Shown piece by piece: positions 23,626 to 37,580 of a stretch of 64,000 bases of DNA. The position numbers and the translations under genes are program-made. Each line of letters begins with the position of its first letter. Position 1 is the first letter of the stretch. The notes below the pieces were generated by a model. The model was not told the origin of the DNA. It did not search any database and saw only the letters and a program-made list of their open reading frames with translations. Location of the stretch: the NCBI RefSeq assembly GCF_006345805.1, contig NC_042998.1, positions 180,978,001-181,042,000 of the forward strand, read 5' to 3'. The stretch is from Octopus sinensis. Lineage: Eukaryota.

Positions 23626-24284
23626 AAGAAATAAATGGTAGTCAGAATTTTAGATAATTATTTATTTAGCACTTTCAACTCGTTTCATAGATTCATCAGA
23701 AATTGAGTATTTTACAGAAAATTTACGCCTTTATATATGAATTTGTTGAAAAAATCTGGAGTTGAATTGGGAAGAGAATCCTCTATGTTATTTTGAATCT
23801 ATATGTATGCGCTCGCGCGTGCGTGTGTATATATGTATCTCAGTAACCAGTGTAAGTATATGTGTATGTATGTGATGAATTTTTAGAGGCTTGTTTAGAA
23901 AGAAAAAAGGACAACAGAAAGGAAAATGAATGAAGGATAGAAAGACAGGAAGCAAAAAATTAAACATACAAAATAGAAGAGAAAAGAAAAAAGAAGAAAG
24001 AAAAAATAAAAGGGATTCTTTTTCTAGAATGGCTGAAATTGCATGGTATTTTTGGATCAGTTGCCATGCTACTCAACTGTAGGAAGAGGTCGTTTTCTTT
24101 GAGATGGTTAAAAGTTGATGACAGTTCTAGACGTCAATTTTCTTTTAGACATTGTATATTTTTTGTTAGTTCCCATGTTATCCAGCTCTGCAAAATAAAA
24201 TCTACCAAATTTGTTTCGGAAAGATATTAAATGTGTGCCTGTGTGTATAGGTGTTTGTGTGTGTAAGTGTGTGTGTTTGTATGT

Positions 24285-24624
24285 AAGTAAATATATATAT
24301 ATATATATATGTGTGTGTGTCTGTGTCTGCGTGTGTCTGTGTGTGTGTGTATGTATATATACATACATACATGCATACATACATAATGCATACATACATA
24401 CATACATATATACATACAGACAGACAGGCAAACTGAATGTAGCCAGTCGTATACGCACGCACAAACATGGATACCAGTATAGATTGATAGATAGATAGAC
24501 AGACAGACAGAAAGACAAAAAGACAAGCAGACAGGCAGACAGACAGACAGATAGCTAGATACATAGATAGATAAATAAACAGATAGTTAGATAGAATGAT
24601 GCATAGATAGACAGATAGATAGAC

Positions 24625-24717
<93 letters not shown>

Positions 24718-24756
24718 AATAAACAGATAGTTAGATATAATGATGCATAGATAGAC

Positions 24757-24798
<42 letters not shown>

Positions 24799-24799
24799 G

Positions 24800-24846
<47 letters not shown>

Positions 24847-24880
24847 GTAGAGAGAGACAGACAGACAGACAGGTAAATAG
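24285..24880. repeat. (TA)/(TG)/(CATA)/(GATA)n compound microsatellite
   Basis: Direct reading. Confidence 0.95.
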
Positions 24881-25793
24881 ACTGAGAATTGGGATGTTAG
24901 TGAACGTTACGTAAAATATATTTAATTCAATCCTCACTGACAGATATATTGATGTAACACTAAAGATCTGCAACTTTCCTATTAGCTTTCTTATTTTGCA
25001 TTCTTACCATTAGCATTTGGCACATATCAACTTCCCATGTATTTTCCACCTGTCTTTTATTACCTCGCAGCACTTTGGGTGTATCAATAAATTTCACTTT
25101 TGTTTTTATCTACTTTTCTTTCACTACCGAGACCTATCACTTAACTGTAGATGAACTGTGTCACAGTTCGACGCAGCAAGTCTAAATATGAGATGGTGTG
25201 GATTTTGATACCAATAATATAAAATAGTTCGAGCGTTTTTTACTTATCTTATTTTATTTATTTTTTTTTTTTTCTTTCCCAAAATTTAGTTTTCTGTCTC
25301 ACGCTACAATCCCGAAGAAGTGAAATTCTTAAAGTCGATAAAATAATATCCAGCTGCGCAATGTGTCTATATTGTACATTATATATGCCTACGTAAATAC
25401 ATACATACATACATGTATGTGTGTTTGTGTGCGTAATGTGTATTTATGTTGTATGTATGTATATATATATATATATGTGTAAACACAGGCATATACACGT
25501 ACATGCGTGTTTGCGTGTCTCTACATATTTAATGGGATTGAGATGAGATTTGTCTTACGAGCTTCAGTTCTCACCTGGAGATCGCAGTGACCTGAAACGT
25601 GTAATTCGATATTGCATTATAATAAATAGCCAGATCTTCTATCAACATATACATATATATATGTGTGTGTGTGTTTGTTTGTATGTGTATGTATATTTAT
25701 GTATGCATGTGTCACCATGATAGATCGTTAGCCACTACACACATTTTTTTCTCTCCTTGCTTCTCTCCTCGTTTTTTTTTTTTTTTTGTATCC

Positions 25794-25829
25794 CTTTCTG
25801 TAGAAGAGTGTAGGCTCGAACCGTAAAAG
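25794..25829 (+). ncRNA. Degenerate minimal hammerhead motif (PLE-type)
   Basis: CUUU-CUGUAGA-A-GAGU-GUAG-GCUC-GAACC-GUA-AAAG: stems present, two core substitutions. Confidence 0.5.
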
Positions 25830-26756
25830 ACTTTTTCTATTTCTGAGCGTTATACTAATACGTCTTCGTCTTTTGTTTTTTTCGTAAACTCTCCCTATAT
25901 ATATACATTGGACAATGGGAGAAACAGTTGTTATGGAATTCAGCCATTTCCCAGTTAGAGGTTAGCGATTTTCTGCTGCTGAAGAGCTGATAAATAGAAC
26001 CGTGCAAGGGAATCGTGTGCAAAATACAGTTCATTCATAAATATAATCCAATTTATCGAAGGTTTTCAGATTTTGCACTCCTCGTGGTGGCCAACATTAT
26101 TGATACAAATTATCGTGAATGTTGTTACAATTCTTGCTGACGCAATCCCCTTTTTAGGGTGGATTTCTTATTTCCCCTTATCATTAAATATACTTTATAT
26201 GATATACATGATATATGTTTCGTATGAAGTGAGGGGCTTGACCCCTGCATTACAAGATTTCTTCACACGATATTTTATAAATTAAGTTTGACGTTGCTTA
26301 GTTAATTTCATGTCAGCAAAGTGAATGTGATAAAATCAGTTCCGTTGTTAGTCAGAAATTTGCAAAATATATGAAAATAGCAATGTTTTGTATACATTTC
26401 TGTAGCACTTTAGTTACCACATCTATTTTGATTGATAACCATATCAAGTTTATATTATGCACCACAAATACTATAACCAAGCTCATTGTGCAGCTGACTG
26501 TTAGTTTATCGCTCCTGAGAACTTCACTTGTTTGAGATTTTAAACTTTGTTATGTGAGACATGAAACTAAATTGCATAAAAAATACACTAGTATTTTTTT
26601 ATACAGCTTGTGTCAAAATTCTTATTCTCATACTTAGCTTTGTGTGTACGTGTGTGTGTCTGGCTGTCTGTATGTATGTATGTTTGTGTATGTGTGTGTG
26701 TGTGTGTTACTGTGTGTGCGTGCGATATATAAATATATATATATCAGGTAAATGTT

Positions 26757-26801
26757 GAAAGTAACCTCTAAGTTTCGGTTGCTCGCCTTCGTTAGACCGT
26801 C
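26757..26801 (-). ncRNA. Degenerate minimal hammerhead motif (PLE-type)
   Basis: GACGGU-CUAACGA-AGGCGAGCAACC-GAAAC-UUAGAG-GUU-ACUUUC; G5 mutated. Confidence 0.4.
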
Positions 26802-27634
26802 TATCGAATACGAGCAATACGATAATTCGAAGTCACTCTCAATATTATAAATATTTGATGAGCATTTAACTCTACGAACAATTATTGAGTAACGCTTCAA
26901 TTTATCACTAAATTGCTTTTACGTATAATTAGGCATAAAACCAAACATTATATGGGGGGGGAGGTGAGCGGCTGCAATGACTAAGAATACATTGGTCAAC
27001 ATTATCTCCGATATAAAATGACGAAATTGCCATGGTTGGTACACCATTGGTCATATGGTTTGTCGGGGACTAAACAACAGCAAGTAATATTCTATGCGAT
27101 ACACAGGTAGCGAAATTAACGAAACAGTGACGAGAACCGAACCGGAAGTTTCCAAGGTACCTAATTCGGCGCTCCTCTTATTTAAATTATATTTTATGTT
27201 GATTCCTATTTTTCAGGGATCAATGAAAAAATAATAAAACTCTGAATATAATCGAAAAATTTACAGTAAAGAAAGAAACATTGAATCGAATTCATGGTTT
27301 CATACTTTTGAAGCCAAGCCCTGCTAGAGTTGTTTATTTCTTTCATCTTTCAGACAAAAACCAATAAAATATATTCCAATAACGATATTAGGGTCGATTC
27401 AATCAACTTTTCATGTTTTTCGTCCACAAGAAACAAACTTGGATCTTAGAATCTAAGTACAAAATCATTGGCTTGAGTAAGAATAAAGTTGAATTTCAGT
27501 ATATGCCTTTGAAGTTGGTACTATTTGAGTTCAAACTTTGTATAAAGACAGCCGTTACATTACACTTAAAGTGCATTATATACCAGTAATAAACTAAGAT
27601 CTAGTTGATATACTTGGGCAAGGACAAAACAATC

Positions 27635-28166
27635 ATGTTCCATAGTTCTGAACATTTCCCATGGAGTGAAGATGCTTCTCTATTGCAGTGCGGGAGCATT
27701 CCATTTTCTCTGCCAGTTCCCTTGTCGTTTGACGAGAATTTTCGTGCAAAAATTTGGTTTAATTGCTCTTCATCGAACTCAACTGGACGGCCAGAACGAA
27801 GTGCGTCTTTGAGGTCAAAATTTCCACTTCTGAACTTGACATACCAATCACAAGCGGTTCTTTCAGCTATGGCACCCTCTCCATGCACAACAGAAATGTC
27901 GCGAGTAGATTTTGCGGCCTTAGAACTTTGATTAAAAGCAAAAAGAAGGAGGTGTCAAAAAGGCTCGTTTTTCTTAACTTGACATTCCATTTTAATGATC
28001 TGAAAATAAACAAAAAATTAACTAAAATTAACTAGAAAAAAATACAAAATAGATTCCAAAATGATTCAAAAATAGAATTCTCGAAAAAAATAGATTCAAA
28101 AATTTAAAATCGCAATAGATTCCAAAGTTAAAAAAAAACGACAGGAACTTAGTTGCCAATCCAATA
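27635..28166 (-). mobile_element. Mariner transposon, left end with transposase N-terminal fragment
   Basis: GEGAIAERTACDWYVKFRSGNFDLKDALRSGRPVEFDEEQLNQ HTH region; TIR TATTGGATTGGCAACTAAGT at the right-hand boundary. Confidence 0.88.
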
Positions 28167-28186
28167 CACGCACACACACGAGTACG

Positions 28187-28385
28187 TATACAACAGAGTG
28201 ATGAAAAGTTCGGGCCTTTAGGTAAAAGAAAATACCAGAGTATCAGTTAATTATAATTTTATTCAACATAGTCCCCTCTAAGATTCACTCACTCATTGCA
28301 GTGATCGCTCAGGTTTTTCTCGGAACTCGGAAGGTTAGGCCTTCATCCAGGCCTTTTGCGATACTCTGAAAGCCAGGAATTTAGT
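28187..28385 (+). mobile_element. Mariner-derived non-coding fragment
   Basis: TGATGAAAAGTTC..TATTCAACATAGTCCCCTCTAAGATTCAC, typical of mariner subterminal sequence. Confidence 0.5.
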
Positions 28386-28714
28386 ATATATATATTTCCA
28401 ATTTATATATATATATTTTATTAGTATTTAACAAAAGCAACACAATGACCCCAGGCCCGAAAGATTCGTGTGTCATCAAATTAGTTACAAATCAATTGGC
28501 TCTCTATATATACCAGTGATAAAGGCATTTTCCTGGATAGTTCTGGAACAAATTATAAAATAATTGTAATGTCAAGTGGATAATTCATATTTTTCAAATA
28601 GTTTGGCCTTTACACCGTTTAATGAATGAATGCACAAATAAATTTTGTGCCATCTTACACATAAATGAGAGTGCCGCCGAATATAAATACAGTATGTAAA
28701 TACGCATATATGTA

Positions 28715-28828
<114 letters not shown>

Positions 28829-29127
28829 TTATGTATGTATGTATGTATTTATGTATGTATGTATTTATGTATGTATGTATGTATGTATGTATGTATACGT
28901 CTAATATAGGATAAAATTTTTCGAAAAAAGTTCTATCAATGGCCAGCATATTAAAAAATACCTTTAAAGGTTAAATTTATAAACAACTTATAAACAAGGG
29001 CAAAAGAAAAAGTTTTTCATGCCATATATGCCGAAAATAGACACTTTGTCAATAACCATATAATTTATCACTATAAGTTCGTGTCTCGAAGAAAGCCGAC
29101 AGAAATTTCTAAAAAAAATTCCGTTAT

Positions 29128-29186
29128 TACCATATCGGATCCGATTTCAGAGTTAATACATAGGAACCTTCTCTTGATCAGTGATA
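29128..29186 (-). ncRNA. Hammerhead family B, G8-to-C variant
   Basis: UAUCA-CUGAUCA-AGAG..CUCU-GAAA-UCGGAUCCGAU-A-UGGUA; perfect palindromic stem III. Confidence 0.7.
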
Positions 29187-29427
29187 AATGCGGCAAAGGA
29201 GTAAATGAAATACTTACTTATACCCATGGAAGAAGCAAACACCACGTCATGAGAACAATTAAGTACCCCAAATATATTCAAAATAGAAATTCTCCAGCAC
29301 ACGTCGAGACAAGTTCGATTCGAACTGAAAACTCCCACAGATTGAGAGTCCGGAAGTGAACACTATTAAATTTACATCTAATATAGGATAAAATTTTTTC
29401 GGAAAATGTTCTATCAATGGCCAGCAT

Positions 29428-29793
29428 GGTTCCGGGTTCAGTCCAACTGCGTGGCATCTTGGGCAAGTGTCTTCTGCTATAGCCCCGGGCCGACCAATGC
29501 CTTGTGAGTGGATTTGGTATACGGAAACTGAAAGAAGCCTGTCGTATATATGTATGTATATATGTGTGTGTGTGTGTATATGTTTGTATGTCTGTGTTTG
29601 TCCCCCTAGCATTGCTTGACAACCGATGCTGGTGTGTTTACGTCACCGTGACTTAGCGGTTCGGCAAAAGAGACCGATAGAATAAGTACTGGGCTTACAA
29701 AGAATAAGTCCCGGGGTCGATTTGCTCGACTAAAGGCGGTGCTCCAGCATGGCCGCAGTCAAATGACTGAAACAAGTAAAAGAGTAAAAGAGT
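29428..29793 (+). mobile_element. 5'-truncated SINE family S1 nested in the family B repeat
   Basis: Matches the 58845 copy from CATGGTTCCGGG to the AAAAGAGT tail. Confidence 0.92.
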
Positions 29794-30239
29794 ATATTAA
29801 AAAAGTACCTTTAAAGGTTAAATTTATAAACAACTTATAAGATATATATATATATATATATTCACGCTCGTACATGCATCATTATGGATTCACACACACA
29901 CAAATACACATACACACACACGCACACATCCATATACATATGCATAGATATTTCTATTTGGCAAAACAAGAGTATATAAACATAGGTGCATAAGTGTACC
30001 CAAATACACGTACATACACGTATTCGAAAAATATGAATTACCCGTGACGCTGTTATTGTTTCTAAATATATTTTGCAGCTAGTCTCTGTTTGTATTTGTT
30101 GAAATGGGTTTACAAAACATCGTTAAATTGTATGTTTATTTTCTTTAGAAAATATTCCTTTTTCTTAGCAATTGTATCACACGGAGTGCAGTATATTAAT
30201 AGTATTTACATGCATTTAAATAATAAACACACACATATG

Positions 30240-30730
<491 letters not shown>

Positions 30731-30948
30731 CATATTTCCTTAGTTAAATTTGCCGATGACTAAGCAACAACCAAAATAAATAACAAGAACAAGAGAAAGA
30801 ATAAAGAGAAAACAGAAGATGCCGAAGGTTAACGTGTTCGTCCATATATGGTCAAAGAAGAAACAATGACTTCATCTGTAAGCCACTCAGCAGGGGGCGT
30901 CTCCGTACAAAAGACCAGATGATTACAACTGTCCGCACCCATACTAAC

Positions 30949-31015
30949 CTCCTGTGCACCCAAAGCTATTGACGCGGGGGTATTTTATTGCTGCAAATGT
31001 ACGGTACCCCCAGTA
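30949..31015 (-). CDS. Candidate 67-nt coding exon of an unknown gene (YWGYRTFAAIKYPRVNSFGCTG)
   Basis: ctacag acceptor, G|gttagt donor, open frame in unique higher-GC sequence; no family recognised. Confidence 0.25.
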
Positions 31016-31293
31016 CTGTAGTGTAAGGTCTACCGTATGGGAGTTCAAAAGATTCAGTCACATGAAGGAAATGGAACCGCGATTGTTCCCATCTACACTA
31101 CAAGTTTAATGCGCCTAAAACACCAGAAGATATGTACAGAATACACAACTCAGCACACCACGACTATTTAACCTTTAGCTGGAGGTCTGAGTCACATAGT
31201 GTTACTCGCTAAACTCAGTAGAATAGTGCAAGTTACTTTTGAAATCAGGCACGCACATTCTTACACTTAGTGTTTAAAGTTAAGTCAAGACAG

Positions 31294-31690
31294 TGGAGGC
31301 GCAATGGCCCAGTGGTTAGGGCAGCGGACTCGCGGTCGTAGGATCGCGGTTTCGATTCACAGACCGGGCGTTGTGAGTGTTTATTGAGCGAAAACACCTA
31401 AAAAAAGTTCCACGAGGCTCCGGCAGGGGATGGTGGTGATCCCTGCTGTACTCTTTCACTACAACTTTCTCTCACTCTTACTTCCTGTTTCTGTTGTACC
31501 TGTATTTCAAAGGGCCGGTCTTGTCACTCTCTGTGTCACGCTGAATATCCCCGAGAACTACGTTTAGGGTACACGTGTCTGTGGAGTGCTCAGTCACTTA
31601 CACGTTAATTTCACGAGCAGGCTGTTCCGTTGATTCGGATCAACCGGAACCCTCGTCGTCGTAACCGACGGAGTGCCTCCATTCTATCCC
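31294..31690 (+). mobile_element. tRNA-derived SINE, family S3, full length with 12-bp TSD
   Basis: A/B-box head; AAGTCAAGACAG duplicated at 31282-31293 and 31691-31702. Confidence 0.95.
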
Positions 31691-32827
31691 AAGTCAAGAC
31701 AGCTGAGCTCATGCAAATTGCAAGAGATTAACCAATTTGCTGAACGGATTACCAAAACTCGCAATATTATCCAACTTAGTATGTGTTCAGGACGTAAAAT
31801 ATTATTCCAGATGTTGAGTCTGTATCATGGTTTGTAGCTCAGCATGAAGGCATGTTACTATGCAAATTGGTTGCCTCTACTATCCTGCTGCCGCCAACTT
31901 CGAGGATGTGGTGATGACGGTTGTTTATTTCCCCCATGTCTTATTGAATGATATGCTATTCGAATCTGCCACCAAACATACATACATATTTAATGTGCAT
32001 ATATGCACATTATTGGTTGATCATTGATTTCTCTGAGTTCATGTCTTCCGTGACAGGTCTTGAACATTTCATCCTGCAGAGTGTTCAAAATCACCCTCCT
32101 CACCATGCAAGCACAAGTGCCATACGCGAAAGGGGGAACTGGATATTCGACCCATTTTGAGTAGAGTATATCATTAAACGAGTCTGTGACATGGTTCTGT
32201 TGATTACTAATGAAGTAGGAAAGCAAACTGTATTAAAAAAAAGTCATCGTTCTCTCTATGGAATTTTCCGAAACAACTATAGCAGAACATATTGTAAAGC
32301 ACTGTGAACAATTGATGATTCACGCTGCGCTTCATTGTATCATACAGACAGTGGAGTGGAGTAAATATGAATAACTCAATACCAACTGCAAATTACTTTT
32401 GCTCTGAAGAGGTTTCTCCGTCACTGACCTTGCCTATATTAACGATCTTACGGAAATTGGCGATAACTCGCGTCGCATATTCGTGTTAATACTAACCAAG
32501 CTAAAAAAAGATCTGTTATTCTTTTGTATCCCGACAGAGTTCCCTTCATACTCAATAGCAGCATTCTAGAAGGATTCAATTAATTTATTTTCATGTTGTT
32601 TCAAGATAATAGATTTAAAAATCCACTTCCGGGTAACTCAAACACACACAAACACATTACATGCGCGCACATTACATGCGCGTACATACACATACACACA
32701 TATTAATATTTAGCATAAGTAACAAAGAGTTAATTAATATTAATAAAAATAGCTATAAAATATAGATATACTCATATTTTGAGGTCTATTTTTCCTGTTT
32801 GCATTAACACACCTATATACACACACA

Positions 32828-32861
<34 letters not shown>

Positions 32862-32921
32862 TATATATATATATATATTAATACACACACGCATACATAC
32901 ATATATATATATGTATGCATG

Positions 32922-32970
<49 letters not shown>

Positions 32971-33471
32971 GTAATAGTTGTATGTATATATGTTTATATG
33001 CATAGACATATAGATAGATAGATAGATTTGAATAGAAGATTATGGGGTGTATTCACAAGTCTTCCGCATGTCTCCACTGAACTGTCCAGTTGCATTACGT
33101 AAGATATGGGTACGATTTTCAGTTCTTGTCTTTATGTCTCAACGTTATTTTTAACTGTTTAAACAATAAATTTGGTAGCAGGTACAGAAGAGCAAACATT
33201 GGTAATGGCGGACAAAAGATTTACCCGCGAATACATGAATATGTATTAGCAATGACACGTATGGTATTGGTTATATATCAATTACAAAGGTGCAGTGGTG
33301 TTAAGAAGAGCGAAACGTGTTCCGAATTGTCTCCTGTGCTTGCAGAAAAAACGATTGGAGTAGTAGTAGTAGTCAATTACTACCCTTGCATTATCCAAAC
33401 CCTTTAAATAATTCAAGTTAGCCTTTCAAGTGCACTGTATTAAATAAACTCATATTAAATTAAATACGCGT

Positions 33472-33811
33472 GAAGGCGCATGGCTCAGTGGTTAGAGCGT
33501 CGAGCTTATGATCGTGAGGTTGTGAGCTCGAATCCCGGACCGGGCTGCGTGTTGTGTTCTTGAGCAAGGCACTTTATTTTCACGTTGCTCCAGTTCACTC
33601 AGCTGTAGAAATGAGTTGCGACGTCACTGGTGCCAAGCTGTATCGACCTTTGTCTTCCCCTTGGATAATACTGGTGGGTGGAGAGGGGAGGCTGGTATGC
33701 ATGGGCGACTGGTGGTCTTCCATAAACAACCTTGCCCGGACTTGTGTCTAGGAGGGTAACTTTCTAGGTGCAATCCCATGGTCATTCATGACCGAAGGAG
33801 GTGTCTTTACC
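33472..33811 (+). mobile_element. tRNA-derived SINE, family S4 (CORE/V-like domain)
   Basis: GAAGGCGCATGGCTCAGTGGTTAGAGCG..CTCGAATCCC head; GTTCTTGAGCAAGGCACTT domain. Confidence 0.92.
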
Positions 33812-34735
33812 TATGAATAATAACCATATAAAAAGTAAAGCATATTATATTCATTACATTCGTTAAATTTCTGGTTGGTATTGGGTCAAATGATTCCTTC
33901 GGACAGAATGAATGAATACCAAACCTAAACCTCCGTTGGTGTTTATTATTGTTTTTCTATGTGATCAAGTGTATTGTTTGTGAAAAAGATTCACCATCGT
34001 ACTATGTAGTAAATTTTCTTTTATGTGTTTTATCAAAGCACGAAACGTTACCTACAAATCTGCAGATGTACAAATATTTATGAAACCGACGTATTTTATC
34101 ACATGTTGGTATAATTACTCTACATGTCTTCGCTTGAACAAGACGATGAACGCGTGTATGTATGCACACAGGCATATGTATGTGTGAGTGTGTGTTTACG
34201 TATGTATATAATATATATATATATATTATACACGTAATAGTTGTATGTATATCTGTTTGTATGCATAGACATATAGATAGATAGATAGATTTGAATAGAA
34301 GATTATGGGGTGTATTCACAAGTCTTCCGCATGTCTCCACTGAACTGTCCAGTTGCATTACGTAAGATATGGGTACGATTTTCAGTTCTTGTCTTTATGT
34401 CTCAACGTTATTTTTAACTGTTTAAACAATAAATTTGGTAGCAGGTACAGAAGAGCAAACATTGTGTAATGGCGGACAAAAGATTTACCCGCGTATACAT
34501 GAATATGTATTAGCAATGACACGTATGGTATTGGTTATATATCAATTACAAAGGTGCAGTGGTGTTAAGAAGAGCGAAACGTGTTCCGAATTGTCTCCTG
34601 TGCTTGCAGAAAAAACGATTGGAGTAGTAGTAGTAGTCAATTACTACCCTTGCATTATCCAAACCCTTTAAATAATTCAAGTTAGCCTTTCAAGTGCACT
34701 GTATTAAATAAACTCATATTAAATTAAATACGCGT

Positions 34736-35076
34736 GAAGGCGCATGGCTCAGTGGTTAGAGCGTCGAGCTTATGATCGTGAGGTTGTGAGCTCGAATCCC
34801 GGACCGGGCTGCGTGTTGTGTTCTTGAGCAAGGCACTTTATTTTCACGTTGCTCCAGTTCACTCAGCTGTAGAAATGAGTTGCGACGTCACTGGTGCCAA
34901 GCTGTATCGACCTTTGTCTTCCCCTTGGATAATACTGGTGGCGTGGAGAGGGGAGGCTGGTATGCATGGGCGACTGGTGGTCTTCCATAAACAACCTTGC
35001 CCGGACTTGTGTCTAGGAGGGTAACTTTCTAGGTGCAATCCCATGGTCATTCATGACCGAAGGAGGTGTCTTTACC
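34736..35076 (+). mobile_element. SINE family S4 (duplicated copy)
   Basis: Copy of 33472-33811 within the tandem duplication. Confidence 0.92.
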
Positions 35077-35479
35077 TATGAATAATAACCATATAAAAAG
35101 TAAAGCATATTATATTCATTTACATTCGTTAAATTTCTGGTTGGTATTGGGTCAAATGATTCCTTCGGACAGAATGAATGAATACCAAACCTAAACCTCC
35201 GTTGGTGTTTATTTATTGTTTTTCTATGTGATCAAGTGTATTTGTTTGTGAAAAAGATTCACCATCGTACTATGTAGTAAATTTTCTTTTATGTGTTTTA
35301 TCAAAGCACGAAACGTTACCTACAAATCTGCCAGATGTACAAATATTTATGAAACCGACGTATTTTATCACATGTTGGTATAATTACTCTACATGTCTTC
35401 GCTTGAACAAGACGATGAACGCGTGTATGTATGCACACAGGCATATGTATGTGTGAGTGTGTGTTTACGTATGTATATA

Positions 35480-35518
<39 letters not shown>

Positions 35519-35717
35519 CAGAGAGACAGATAGATAGATACATACATACATACATACATACATACATACATACATACATAGGGATCAAGAAAGACATATA
35601 TTCTTGTGTATACAGTATGTATATATGTGTGTGTATGTGTGTGTGTGTGTGGATTGATGGATGGATTGATGGATGGGTAGTTCGATGGATGGTTGCACGT
35701 GTGTATGTATATGTATT

Positions 35718-35749
<32 letters not shown>

Positions 35750-35897
35750 CATGAATGGCGAGAGAGAGAGAGAGAGAGAGAAGAAAACGTCCGTACATAA
35801 AGTCATACTGTGACAGAGCTAAAAAAATAGAATATAGGGAGCAAAAATAGCAATAGGTCTTGTTCAGAATTGATAATTAGTAATTCAAAAAATCTAG

Positions 35898-35898
<1 letters not shown>

Positions 35899-35967
<69 letters not shown>
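35899..35967. repeat. (TAG)n microsatellite
   Basis: Direct reading; a similar tract lies at 42628-42698. Confidence 0.95.
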
Positions 35968-36285
35968 CTGCTACAGCTGCAGACTTAGTTCTTGTGATGA
36001 GCCATACTATATTCTCTTAGAAAAGCAAGCATATACCTGGACCTATCCTCCGTCGAGGCAGGGTCGTCTTATTTACTTTGTTTCAATACATAAATTTGTT
36101 ATTCATCATCTCTGTAGCTTCACAGTTTTGTGTAGAGTTTGTAATAGATTAGTTACTATCTTGTATGAGCAAAGCAGAAGTCGGTTGTTCGGAAAATGTT
36201 TCCGCCAAATAATATGACTGGATATTGACAGAATCAGACTTTCGGCAATACCTACTTATTTTAGTAAAGTTCTAGCAAACTCATT

Positions 36286-36790
36286 GGTTGTGAAACGTGG
36301 ACTCTATACCGCCAGCACATCAGGCAGCAATCATGGGTATCCGCTGGCAGGACAGTTTCCAACAAGGTGTCCTAGACAGAGCAGTGTCCACGAGCGTCGA
36401 GGCACCTCTGTTCAAATCTCAGTTGCACTGGGCCGGCCATGTCGTCAGAATGAACGACGACCGCATCCCCAGACAACTGATCTACAGTGAGCTGAAGGAA
36501 GGCACAAGGCCATAAGGTAGACCCAAGTTGAGGTATAAGGACACCCTGGAGGGCAACTTAAAGTGGTGTGGCATCCAGCCTCGCAAACACGAGAAGGCAG
36601 CCACAAACAGAACTTCCAGGAGGTCAACCACCTACACTGTTGTAGCTGTATAGACAGCAACGCCTCGCAGTGGCAAGAGACGGGCATCAGCGGGCTGCAT
36701 CATCCTCAGTCCCGACCACAGACTACCAGTGTTCATCGGAGATCTATGGACTGCCAAGAGAATAAGAAGACAATTCATTGCTTCGCTTCA
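36286..36790 (+). mobile_element. RTE-clade LINE 3' fragment
   Basis: GCETWTLYRQHIRQ; IMGIRWQD; QLHWAGHVVRMNDDRIPRQLIYSELKEGTRP*GRPKLRYKD. Confidence 0.9.
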
Positions 36791-37079
36791 TGACCAAACT
36801 TCAAGTAAACAGTTTATGCTGCCGCTGCCAATGTATTGGTCTTCTAGACATCAAGCATAGCACAAGATTCTGTTCAATCCTGATTTATCCAGAAAGGAGC
36901 ACTGAAGACAGAAATTATTATTGTGCCATAAATCAATTGTGTAGAGAGAATTGAGGCAATGAAGGACATGCAGTAGTTGAGTATACCCTCAGATATTCCA
37001 GAGGAGTTTGTCACAAAAGATTCCAAAACAATGTAAACTTTTTAAAAATAGATATTTTGTCCCAGCCAACCACCTACGA

Positions 37080-37390
37080 CTCTTTTAGATCCAGTGCTGG
37101 ATCAGCTTTAATCAATGATCCTAAAATCACTTTGAAAAGATAACGAGCATTTCGTAGATCTTTTTCACATATTATTTGTAATTGATGAGAACGTAATAGA
37201 AGACTACCACAGTAACATGTTACTGATAAAATAATATCCCTAAAATAAAGGATGGCAGAATTGCGATTAAATACATCAATTAAGGTAAATCCTCCGGGAG
37301 ATGATGATATACCAGCTGAGTTCATTGAGCATAGTAAAGATTCAGTAGTAGATTTTGTGGCCACACTAATTTCAAATATATGGAAAATAT
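37080..37390 (+). pseudogene. RTE-like LINE pre-RT linker fragment
   Basis: EHFVDLF..; PGDDDIPAEF..LISNIWK resembles the PGxDGIPAE motif. Confidence 0.6.
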
Positions 37391-37580
37391 CATCATTTCA
37401 CAAAATTACACATCTGCTACATAAGTTTTACCGTACGAGAGAAATGCTATCAAATCAATCTGAAGTCCGTTGCATGTTATTTCCTTGCTTATAACACGAA
37501 ACATTTATTGCATCAGCTGCAGATATGCAAACGTCTCACCGTTATCTCAGAGTGTCGATGCTGACTTAGGTCTCATAATA

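Larger units (their letters stand above)
28900..29840 (-). mobile_element. Family B HHR repeat: one full 477-bp unit plus a partial second unit interrupted by a SINE
   Basis: TCTAATATAGGATAAAATTTT recurs at 28900 and 29377; second unit resumes at 29794 after the SINE. Confidence 0.85.
32965..35495 (+). repeat. Tandem duplication, period ~1263 bp
   Basis: CACGTAATAGTTGTATG at 32968 and 34231; near-identical throughout, including the S4 SINE. Confidence 0.95.
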
